The notes under the pieces were generated by a model that had not been told where the DNA came from, did no database searches, and worked only from the letters and a program-made list of their open reading frames with translations. Positions 1 to 6,379 of a DNA stretch of 62,469 nt are shown piece after piece. Origin of the DNA: an uncultured Vicinamibacteraceae bacterium (GTDB taxonomy: Bacteria; Planctomycetota; Phycisphaerae; Phycisphaerales; UBA5793); NCBI GenBank assembly GCA_964585855.1, contig CAZPFK010000008.1, positions 1-62,469 on the forward strand. Reading direction: 5' to 3'. The position numbers and the translations under genes are program-made. The stretch's first letter is position 1; the number at the start of each line of letters is the position of its first letter.

Positions 1-22
1 CCATTTTCATTCAACCCAGCCC

Positions 23-51
23 CCGTCATGCCCGCGCAGGCGGGCATCCAG
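23..51. repeat. 29-nt palindromic (REP-like) element, copy 1
   Basis: Sequence CCGTCATGCCCGCGCAGGCGGGCATCCAG. It contains an 8-bp stem ATGCCCGC/GCGGGCAT around a GCAG loop (28..47). An identical copy lies at 152..180 and an inverted 28/29 copy at 2261..2289. Confidence 0.9.
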
Positions 52-151
52 TCCCAGTAGCACAGGCATCTTGCCTGTGTGATCCCGGACCAGTGGCGGC
101 CGGCCTCCGCGCCCGCCGATCCGTGCATTACGATCCAAAGCGAGTCCCCCT

Positions 152-180
152 CCGTCATGCCCGCGCAGGCGGGCATCCAG
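152..180. repeat. 29-nt palindromic (REP-like) element, copy 2
   Basis: Identical 29/29 to 23..51 and in the same orientation. Confidence 0.9.
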
Positions 181-252
181 AGAAAAGAGCCGCGCACGTC
201 AGTAAGCGCCTCGGCGACCCTCTCACCTCCTCCACCCTGAAGCCTCCTGACA

Positions 253-317
253 CTCCAACACGAGCCGCGCACGTCAGTAAGCGGGTTCCCTACCCATACA
301 GCCCCGGGCATGCCCGG
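253..317. repeat. 65-bp direct repeat, copy 1
   Basis: CTCCAACACGAGCCGCGCACGTCAGTAAGCGGGTTCCCTACCCATACAGCCCCGGGCATGCCCGG matches 421..485 at 63/65. It ends in the perfect palindrome CCCGGGCATGCCCGG(G). A 21-nt fragment (AGCCGCGCACGTCAGTAAGCG) also occurs at 188..208. Confidence 0.9.
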
Positions 318-389
318 CGGCGGATCGGGTGCCCCCGCCAGCGAGCGCAGCGAGTCGGCGGTGCATCGCGATCAAACCCTCACGGACCT

Positions 390-410
390 ACCAGGCTGAA
401 GCGCAAGCGA
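390..410. repeat. 21-nt element with an inverted copy at 2339..2359
   Basis: ACCAGGCTGAAGCGCAAGCGA; its exact reverse complement TCGCTTGCGCTTCAGCCTGGT is at 2339..2359. Confidence 0.8.
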
Positions 411-420
411 AGCCGTTGGA

Positions 421-485
421 CTCCAAAACGAGCCGCGCACGTCAGTAAGCGGGTTCCCTACCCATATAGCCCCGGGCATGCCCGG
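421..485. repeat. 65-bp direct repeat, copy 2
   Basis: 63/65 identical to 253..317, with a start-to-start spacing of 168 bp. Confidence 0.9.
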
Positions 486-660
486 GCCGCGGATGCTCGG
501 CCATCCTCAACAGGCCACCCACCTCGCCGCCTCCCCAAAGCCCAGCCACTCCTGTGGCTGGGCCGATCACTTCACACGTTACCCCGGCTGCAACCTGGCC
601 CCTGCCGCGCTACTCCGCAAAAACTGCGCCAACAGGGCAAGAACCGCCAAAAAAGAACTT

Positions 661-840
661 CTCCCAGTAACTGGGAGACTTCTACGGTTACCGGCAGGAT
701 CGTACAGTAAGCGGGAGACATCTACGGTTACCGGGAGGATCGTACAGTAAGCGGGAGACTTCTACGGTAAGCGGGAGAGTCGCAGGGTTACCGGGAGAGT
801 CTCCCGGTAAGTGGGAGACTTTCCCGAGAAGCGGGCGATT
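661..840. repeat. Tandem array of nine 20-bp units sharing a GGGAGA core
   Basis: (G/C)(C/T)GGGAGA-type blocks start at 671, 691, 711, 731, 751, 771, 791, 811 and 831, an exact 20-bp phase. The first two 40-mers (673..712 and 713..752) match 38/40 and later units degenerate. The motif CAGTAAGCGGG also occurs inside the 65-bp repeats. The ends carry inverted GGGAG pairs: CTCCCAGTAACTGGGAG at 661..677 and CCGGGAGAGTCTCCCGG at 791..807. Confidence 0.9.
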
Positions 841-926
841 CCCGCTCCGCGCTGTCTGCGACTTCGGGGGCCCTGCGTTGTGCCCTTGACCCAGGTGCAT
901 GTGGTGACGCTCGTCCGCCAGCAGCG

Positions 927-2072
927 CTAGTTGAACTTCACTGAAAGCTTCGGGAGATACATCCGTATCGGGCTGTCTTCCTGTGCGTTTGCGCCAGCGA
1001 GGATCGCTTGCACATGCTCGGAAAGCTCGGCCTTGGCTGTCACGATCCTGTCCATGATCGTATACGGGTCGGAAGTATCGATGATGATCGTTCTTCCCTG
1101 TTGGACGTCGAAAGGAATCTTGTCGCCCTTTCGGATTATTTGCACAGATGCGAGATTGAATGCGTGACGTACCCCCAATTCGTAGTGGGCGTTCTGGTTT
1201 CCAAACGAAAGGTCGGTAATGCAAACTCGAGAGTAGGCGATGTGCTCAACGGTCTGCTTCGTAATGTGCCCCGGCTTGGAAATCCGATCAGCCCGAATAG
1301 CCTTTATATTGTGTTCTTCTAACACCGGCACAATTAGGTGCTTCAGCATCATGTCCGCGTGCTTACGTTCGGGAGAGCCCTCCTCTCCAATAGGTGTAAT
1401 TACGAAGCATGCGGTTGTGAAGTCGGTCGTCGAGTCTGATTCGGGAGTTACTGATGCCGACTCCATCGATCCGTTCTGGGGAGCCGTTTCGCCACTTGTA
1501 GAAATACCGACGGCCTCATTTCCTGAGCGTAACCGTTGCTTCCCATCGGACTGGTCCTCAAGCAAGCCCGCGAACCGGGCGTTTTTGATGATTAGATCGA
1601 TGGTCTCATCAATGCGGGGCTTCGGTATTGAGTACTTTTGCTCGAGGACATTGCGAAAGATCTCGCCGGAAGGAAGTAAACTGGCACCGTAGTCGCTATA
1701 GAAACGACCTAGAATTGCGGGCTTGGCAATCGCCTTGATGATGCCCTCCTTACGCTCACCCTCGTACGTCTGCGCAAGAATCTTCCTTGCGATCTCTGTC
1801 AGGTGATATTGGTCCTGTTCGTCTTTCTCGACAAGCCCGTACGCCGTCGCGGACCACAGGAAGTATTTGTTCTGTTGACTCGTTGCAGAAACCCCCAGCC
1901 CCTTGGCGATGTCGTCCCATGTGGCCAGTTTGCCAGCATATTGATCGTTTATTACCTGCGGAACGCGAAGCGCCTCTTCTAACGTCTTCTTGGGTAGATC
2001 CGTTGAGGCAACCTGCTTCGCACGGACCTTCCCGTTATCGCCCTTGTTTGATTTCGCTCTAGCTTTGGCCAT
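927..2072 (-). CDS. Orphan protein: basic N-terminal tail, helical (possibly winged-helix) N-terminal half, low-complexity S/T linker, C-terminal nucleoside 2-deoxyribosyltransferase/TIR-like Rossmannoid domain (putative)
   Basis: Long ORF (927..2126) in DNA visibly AT-richer than all neighbours. The preferred start is the ATG at 2072 (MAKARAKSNKG...), preceded by GAAGGGA; the ORF-track start 2126 is an alternative. C-terminal motifs are CFVITPIGEEG ... RVCITDLS ... NAHYELGVRHA ... VQIIRKGDKIPFDV. Antisense ORFs at 931..1167, 1008..1322 and 1240..1692 look spurious. Confidence 0.7.
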   Translation of the reverse strand: MAKARAKSNKGDNGKVRAKQVASTDLPKKTLEEALRVPQVINDQYAGKLATWDDIAKGLGVSATSQQNKYFLWSATAYGLVEKDEQDQYHLTEIARKILAQTYEGERKEGIIKAIAKPAILGRFYSDYGASLLPSGEIFRNVLEQKYSIPKPRIDETIDLIIKNARFAGLLEDQSDGKQRLRSGNEAVGISTSGETAPQNGSMESASVTPESDSTTDFTTACFVITPIGEEGSPERKHADMMLKHLIVPVLEEHNIKAIRADRISKPGHITKQTVEHIAYSRVCITDLSFGNQNAHYELGVRHAFNLASVQIIRKGDKIPFDVQQGRTIIIDTSDPYTIMDRIVTAKAELSEHVQAILAGANAQEDSPIRMYLPKLSVKFN

Positions 2073-2260
2073 TGAAGTTCCCTTCTGTATCGCGGAACGG
2101 CGTTTCCGTGACATCGATATCGCCATCTTTGAAGACGTCCTTTTCGCCTTGCTGTCAGGATACCGTTCGGCATCCGGTTGGGCAAGTGGGAGACGGCACA
2201 GGCCGGCACCGCCCGGCCACCACTGATTCGGGAAGTGGTCCGCACGGCGGCCAATACGGT

Positions 2261-2289
2261 CTGGATGCCCACCTGCGCGGGCATGACGG
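2261..2289. repeat. 29-nt palindromic element, copy 3 (inverted)
   Basis: The reverse complement CCGTCATGCCCGCGCAGGTGGGCATCCAG matches 23..51 at 28/29. Confidence 0.85.
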
Positions 2290-2338
2290 GATGTGTCCGT
2301 CGCTCACGCTTCCGGCTCGTTGGGCCAATCAGAAGGCC

Positions 2339-2359
2339 TCGCTTGCGCTTCAGCCTGGT
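2339..2359. repeat. Inverted copy of the 21-nt element at 390..410
   Basis: Exact reverse complement (21/21). Confidence 0.8.
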
Positions 2360-2404
2360 ATTCCTCAATGCCAAGTGCCTGATCCCCAGTGCCTGCCTCC
2401 CCCC

Positions 2405-3664
2405 TCACGGCAGATTCACAGGCCCCCCAAGCATCAACGAGAGAAACGGTTCAATCAACGGATCAGCCAGCAGCACAAACAACGTCGCAAGCGCCAGCCA
2501 CGGCCCGTAGGGAACATACGGCGGAGCCGAGCGCGACAGCCGCGATGCCAGCGAAATGATAATCATGCTCACGAGCGCCATGAAGGGCGCAAGAAAGAAG
2601 ATCGAAATCGGATCGATCCATCCGAGGCACGCCCCGACCGCGGCGAGAATGTGAACATCGCCGTACCCCATCGCCTCCTTGCCGAAGGCGTAGGTCCCGA
2701 GCAGTCTCGCTCCCCAGATCAGCCCGCCCCCGACAAGATACCCCATCGCCACCGACCCGAGCACCTGGCATACATCCGGGTACTGATCGAGCGGAAAGGT
2801 CGGCAGGCGCGTCGCCGCGATCGCCCCGAGGATCATCGGCACCAGAAACCCGATCTCCCACTCCATCTCCCGCCGCGCCCCCGGATAGGAGATAATCGAG
2901 TCCTCCTCCTTCACAAACAGATTGAAGTCGAGGAAGCTGTGCCGCAGCACGTTGCAATGCCGCAGGTACAGACTCACGCACAGCCCCACGCACGCCCCAG
3001 CCGCCGCGTTGAAGGCGATCGGCGGAATCAGCGGAATCGTCCAGGCCGTCAGGTCGATCGGGTCGCTCATCGACATCAGCGTGATCCGCTGCGGCGTCGT
3101 GAACTCCCCGACCTCCGCAAGAATGAGCACAGTCACCGCGTGGGCTGCAACCGCCAGCCCTGTGAGGAACCAGGTGATCTGAATCGGGATGGTGAAGGTG
3201 CGTGCATCGATGATCGTCATCGCCAGCAGCGAGGCGATCAGCCCCAGATGCAACACCAGCATCGGCCAGGTCTGTCCAAGCCCAAGCCGAGCGAATGACT
3301 CCGGCCCGATCCCGCCCACGACCGGCGCCTCGGGATGAACAACGTAATAGAGGATGAACACGCCGGCAAAGAGCGAAGCGCAGAGCAGCTCGATCAGCCA
3401 GTATTGCGGGCTGATCCGCACCCCGCACCCGGCGCATCGTCCTCCGAGCCGGAACCACCCCACGACCGGCAGGTTCTCGTGCCACCGCAGGTTGCGCCCG
3501 CACTGCGGACAGCGCGACGGCGGCGAGACGATGTTCCGCCCCGCCGGCAGCCGGTAGATGACGACGTTGAGAAATGACCCGACGATCGCTCCGAATAGGG
3601 CGACGAAGATCAGTACGGCAAGGTAGAAGGGGTAATAGGGAGTGAGATACACGCGGGGCTTCAC
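2405..3664 (-). CDS. pilD: Prepilin peptidase / N-methyltransferase (peptidase A24, PilD family), unusually long
   Basis: N-terminal GSFLNVVIYRLP ... CPQCG ... CAGCG zinc-ribbon region typical of PilD. Aspartate motifs IIDARTFTIP and GYGDVHILAAVG. Multi-pass membrane protein. Confidence 0.9.
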   Translation of the reverse strand: MKPRVYLTPYYPFYLAVLIFVALFGAIVGSFLNVVIYRLPAGRNIVSPPSRCPQCGRNLRWHENLPVVGWFRLGGRCAGCGVRISPQYWLIELLCASLFAGVFILYYVVHPEAPVVGGIGPESFARLGLGQTWPMLVLHLGLIASLLAMTIIDARTFTIPIQITWFLTGLAVAAHAVTVLILAEVGEFTTPQRITLMSMSDPIDLTAWTIPLIPPIAFNAAAGACVGLCVSLYLRHCNVLRHSFLDFNLFVKEEDSIISYPGARREMEWEIGFLVPMILGAIAATRLPTFPLDQYPDVCQVLGSVAMGYLVGGGLIWGARLLGTYAFGKEAMGYGDVHILAAVGACLGWIDPISIFFLAPFMALVSMIIISLASRLSRSAPPYVPYGPWLALATLFVLLADPLIEPFLSLMLGGPVNLP

Positions 3665-3682
3665 CTGCGCCGGAAGACCGGG

Positions 3683-3937
3683 CTACTGATCATCCTCTCC
3701 CTCACCCGCCTCAGTCGAGCCGGCCGGCGTTTCCGCCAGCGACTCCACCCGCTGCTCGACGGTTGCCAGGACCGCCCGGCAGCGTTTCAGCAACGCCACC
3801 CCCCGCTCATAGGCCTCCAGCGATTCCTCAAGCCCCGTCTCGCCCCCCTCGATCCGCTCAATGATGGCCTCGAGTTCGCCAAGCGCTGTCTCGTAATCCA
3901 GCGTCTCGGGATCGGGCAGTGCCTTCTTGCGGCTCAT
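3683..3937 (-). CDS. xseB: Exodeoxyribonuclease VII small subunit
   Basis: 84 aa with LEAIIERIEGGETGLEESLEAYERGVALLKRC, the typical XseB helical hairpin. Lies directly downstream of xseA (operon order xseA-xseB on the minus strand). Confidence 0.9.
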   Translation of the reverse strand: MSRKKALPDPETLDYETALGELEAIIERIEGGETGLEESLEAYERGVALLKRCRAVLATVEQRVESLAETPAGSTEAGEGEDDQ

Positions 3938-3988
3938 CGCGGGTCTCTCCGATAAGGGGGGAGTCTATCGCCCATCCGGGCCTGCGGG

Positions 3989-5308
3989 TCAGAACAGCGG
4001 CAACTGCTCCGGTGATTCAGGCGGTTCGGTGCGCCGCTTCGGCGGCTCGCCTTCCTCGACGACCCGGGAGGTAAACGAGCCGTCGTGCAGCGTTGTGCGC
4101 ACAAGCGCGCCCGCTCGGGCCATGGTGGAGGAACGCAGAATCTTCCCCTTCGCATCGCATGTCATCGAGTAGCCCCGTGAGAGAACCCGGCGCGGATTCA
4201 GACTGTCAAGCAGACGCTCCGAGGTGTTCAGATGCTGCCGCCGCTCCCGCAGATTCGCCGCGAAAACGCCGTGCAGGTCGCGTCCGCGTTCCTCCAGCGT
4301 CTCCCGCGCACGCCGCACCAGGTCCTGCGGCGTGCCCAGCTGCGCCCGGAGCCGTTCCAGCCGTTGCGTCTCGAAGCGCACCTGCGTGCGCACAAAAGCG
4401 CTCAGCCGCCGCTGAAGTTGATCAAGTTGCGCGGAAAGATCGGAACGGTTGGGTGTGACCATCATCGCCGCCTGCGTCGGCGTGGCTGCGCGCACGTCGG
4501 CGACCAATTCCGCAATCGTCGTGTCCGTCTCATGCCCGATCGCCGCCACCACCGGCAGGGGGGAGTTGAAGAGCGCCTCGGCCACGATCCGCTCGTTGAA
4601 GGCCCACAGATCCTCCATCGAGCCCCCGCCCCGCGTCAGAATCACCGCGTCGATGCCCCGACGCCCGGCAATCTTCGCCACGCGCTTCAGCGCTGCGACG
4701 ATCTCCGGCGCCGCCTGCGCCCCCTGCACCCGCACCGGCACCAGCAGTACGGCCACCGCCGGGCAGCGCCGTTTCATCGTGTCCAGCACGTCGTGGATCG
4801 CCGCCCCCGTCGGCGAGGTGATCACCGCGATGCGCCTGGGAAAGTACGGCAGCGGCCTCTTCCGCTCAGGCGCGAAATACCCAAGCGCCCGAAGTTCCTC
4901 GCACAACGCCCGGAACTTCAGTTCCAGCGCCCCCGCCCCCACCGGCTCCAGCCGGTCAACGTACAGCTGGCACTGCCCCTGCGGGCCGTAATACTGCACC
5001 GTCCCCGTCGCGACGACTTCCATGCCGTCGGCGGCCTCGAAGCCGAAGGTCCGCGCCTTGCTCGCCCACGCCACGCACTTCAGAACCGAGGTCTCATCCT
5101 TCAGGGCGAAATACCAGTGGTTGCGGCGGGTCAGGTTGCTCACCTCCCCGACGACGCGGAGGCCGGCCGGAACGCCGGCCGAGAGGGCGTTGCTGATCAC
5201 TTCGGCAACCTGCGTGACCGTCAGCGGGGCGTCGGCGCTTCGAGGCGGGACAGCCCGCGCCGGTGCGGCGCCTCGAACCCGGGATGGATCGAAGGGAAGT
5301 CGGCTCAT
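3989..5308 (-). CDS. xseA: Exodeoxyribonuclease VII large subunit
   Basis: N-terminal OB fold (VVGEVSNLTRRNHWYFALKDE), a central catalytic region and a coiled-coil C-terminal part; 439 aa. Confidence 0.95.
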   Translation of the reverse strand: MSRLPFDPSRVRGAAPARAVPPRSADAPLTVTQVAEVISNALSAGVPAGLRVVGEVSNLTRRNHWYFALKDETSVLKCVAWASKARTFGFEAADGMEVVATGTVQYYGPQGQCQLYVDRLEPVGAGALELKFRALCEELRALGYFAPERKRPLPYFPRRIAVITSPTGAAIHDVLDTMKRRCPAVAVLLVPVRVQGAQAAPEIVAALKRVAKIAGRRGIDAVILTRGGGSMEDLWAFNERIVAEALFNSPLPVVAAIGHETDTTIAELVADVRAATPTQAAMMVTPNRSDLSAQLDQLQRRLSAFVRTQVRFETQRLERLRAQLGTPQDLVRRARETLEERGRDLHGVFAANLRERRQHLNTSERLLDSLNPRRVLSRGYSMTCDAKGKILRSSTMARAGALVRTTLHDGSFTSRVVEEGEPPKRRTEPPESPEQLPLF

Positions 5309-5314
5309 CGTCGC

Positions 5315-6247
5315 TCAGCCGAAAAGAAGGGCGCGGATACTTCGGTACTTCTCGATCGTCGCGGCGACGATCTCGGCGGGAATCTCCGGCCCCGGCGCCT
5401 GCTTGTTCCACCGCCCGCTCTCAACCAGCGTCTCCAGGTAATTGCGCACAAACTGTTTGTCGAAGCTCTTCTGCTCCCGGCCGGGTTCGTAGTCGTCGGC
5501 GGGCCAGAAGCGGGAGGAGTCGGGCGTCAGCGCCTCATCAGCCAGGAGCAGACGATCGGTCGCCTTCCCTTGGGCGTCGAGGGCGAAACCGAACTCGAAC
5601 TTGGTGTCGGCGAGAATGATGCCGCGCTGCCGGGCGTAGTCGGCCGCCCGGGCGTAGAGCCGCAGCGTCAGATCGCGCAGGCGCTCGGCCAGGTCGCCCC
5701 CGATGCGGCGGCGGACCTCCTCGAAGGAGATGTTCTCATCGTGGCCGGACTCGGCCTTAGTCGCGGGGGTGAAGATCGGTTCGGGGAGTTGATCGGAGAG
5801 GCGGAGGCCGGCGGGCAGGGGAATGCCGCAGACGGTCTGCGACCGGCGGTACTCCTTCCAGCCCGAGCCGGCGAGGTAGCCCCGTGCCACGCACTCGATT
5901 GGAATGATGCGGACCTCGCGGCCGACAGTTGCCCGGCCCTCGAAGTCACGGCGGATGTCATCGGGAAGGCCGAGGTTATCGAGGCGGGTCGTGAGGCGGT
6001 GGTGGTCGGCGAGGCGGTTGGCTTCGATCCAGTCGAACCAGCGATTGCTGATCTCGGTCAGCAACGCGCCCTTGCCGGGAAAAGGGGTGGGCATGATGAC
6101 GTCAAAGGCGGAGAGGCGATCGGAGGCAACCAGGAGGAGGCGCGGGCCGCCGGCGTCGGGGGGAATTCGATAGAGATCGCGCACCTTTCCGGAGCGCAGG
6201 GGGGTGAGCGGACCGTTGCGGGGCGGCGCAGAGGGAGAGTCGGGCAT
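5315..6247 (-). CDS. purC: Phosphoribosylaminoimidazole-succinocarboxamide (SAICAR) synthase
   Basis: GKVRDLY, SDRLSAFD and LADTKFEFG motifs. Confidence 0.95.
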   Translation of the reverse strand: MPDSPSAPPRNGPLTPLRSGKVRDLYRIPPDAGGPRLLLVASDRLSAFDVIMPTPFPGKGALLTEISNRWFDWIEANRLADHHRLTTRLDNLGLPDDIRRDFEGRATVGREVRIIPIECVARGYLAGSGWKEYRRSQTVCGIPLPAGLRLSDQLPEPIFTPATKAESGHDENISFEEVRRRIGGDLAERLRDLTLRLYARAADYARQRGIILADTKFEFGFALDAQGKATDRLLLADEALTPDSSRFWPADDYEPGREQKSFDKQFVRNYLETLVESGRWNKQAPGPEIPAEIVAATIEKYRSIRALLFG

Positions 6248-6379
6248 GAGGAAATGTAGCGGGTCGGCGGGACGGAGCGCGGGGAGGTGCGGAAAGAGTT
6301 GCCGGGGGCGTTACTTGCCAGCGAGTGGGCCGTTGCGAGAATGGACTGCCGGCACAGGGCTTGCGGAAAGCAGGGGTCG

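Noticed and set aside
93-710. A 205-aa ORF (plus 478..750 and 688..1224) across the repeat region.
   Set aside because: The translation merely mirrors the DNA repeats (AAHVSKRVPYPYSPGHAR twice). There is no RBS and no protein-like composition, so it is treated as non-coding repeat DNA.
661-840. Possible CRISPR array.
   Set aside because: The units are contiguous 20-mers with no unique spacers. The repeats are too short and degenerate, and there are no cas genes in the window.
1-2400. An intact IS/transposon, integron cassette (attC) or prophage fragment carrying the orphan gene.
   Set aside because: No transposase, integrase or phage genes are in view. The inverted repeat copies are not arranged as symmetric terminal inverted repeats. 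I found no RYYYAAC...GTTRRRY attC-like imperfect palindrome 3' of the ORF. A mobile origin remains possible but cannot be shown from this window.
4232-6259. A 675-aa ORF on the + strand, one of many long ORFs in alternative frames. Others include 2072..3298, 10600..11865, 12110..13615, 18598..19650, 21101..22132, 22323..23468, 22585..23757, 25827..26864, 27432..28355, 28503..29462, 29883..30791, 30827..31939, 41967..43064, 43713..45527, 45617..46435, 49126..50079, 51636..52844, 54289..55158, 57906..58943 and 60562..61677.
   Set aside because: Each lies antisense to or out of frame with a gene that has unmistakable family motifs (xseA/purC, uvrB, nuoD, nuoF, priA, ligA and others). Their translations are R/P/G/A/H-rich low-complexity strings. 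Stop-codon depletion in GC-rich DNA produces such ORFs routinely.
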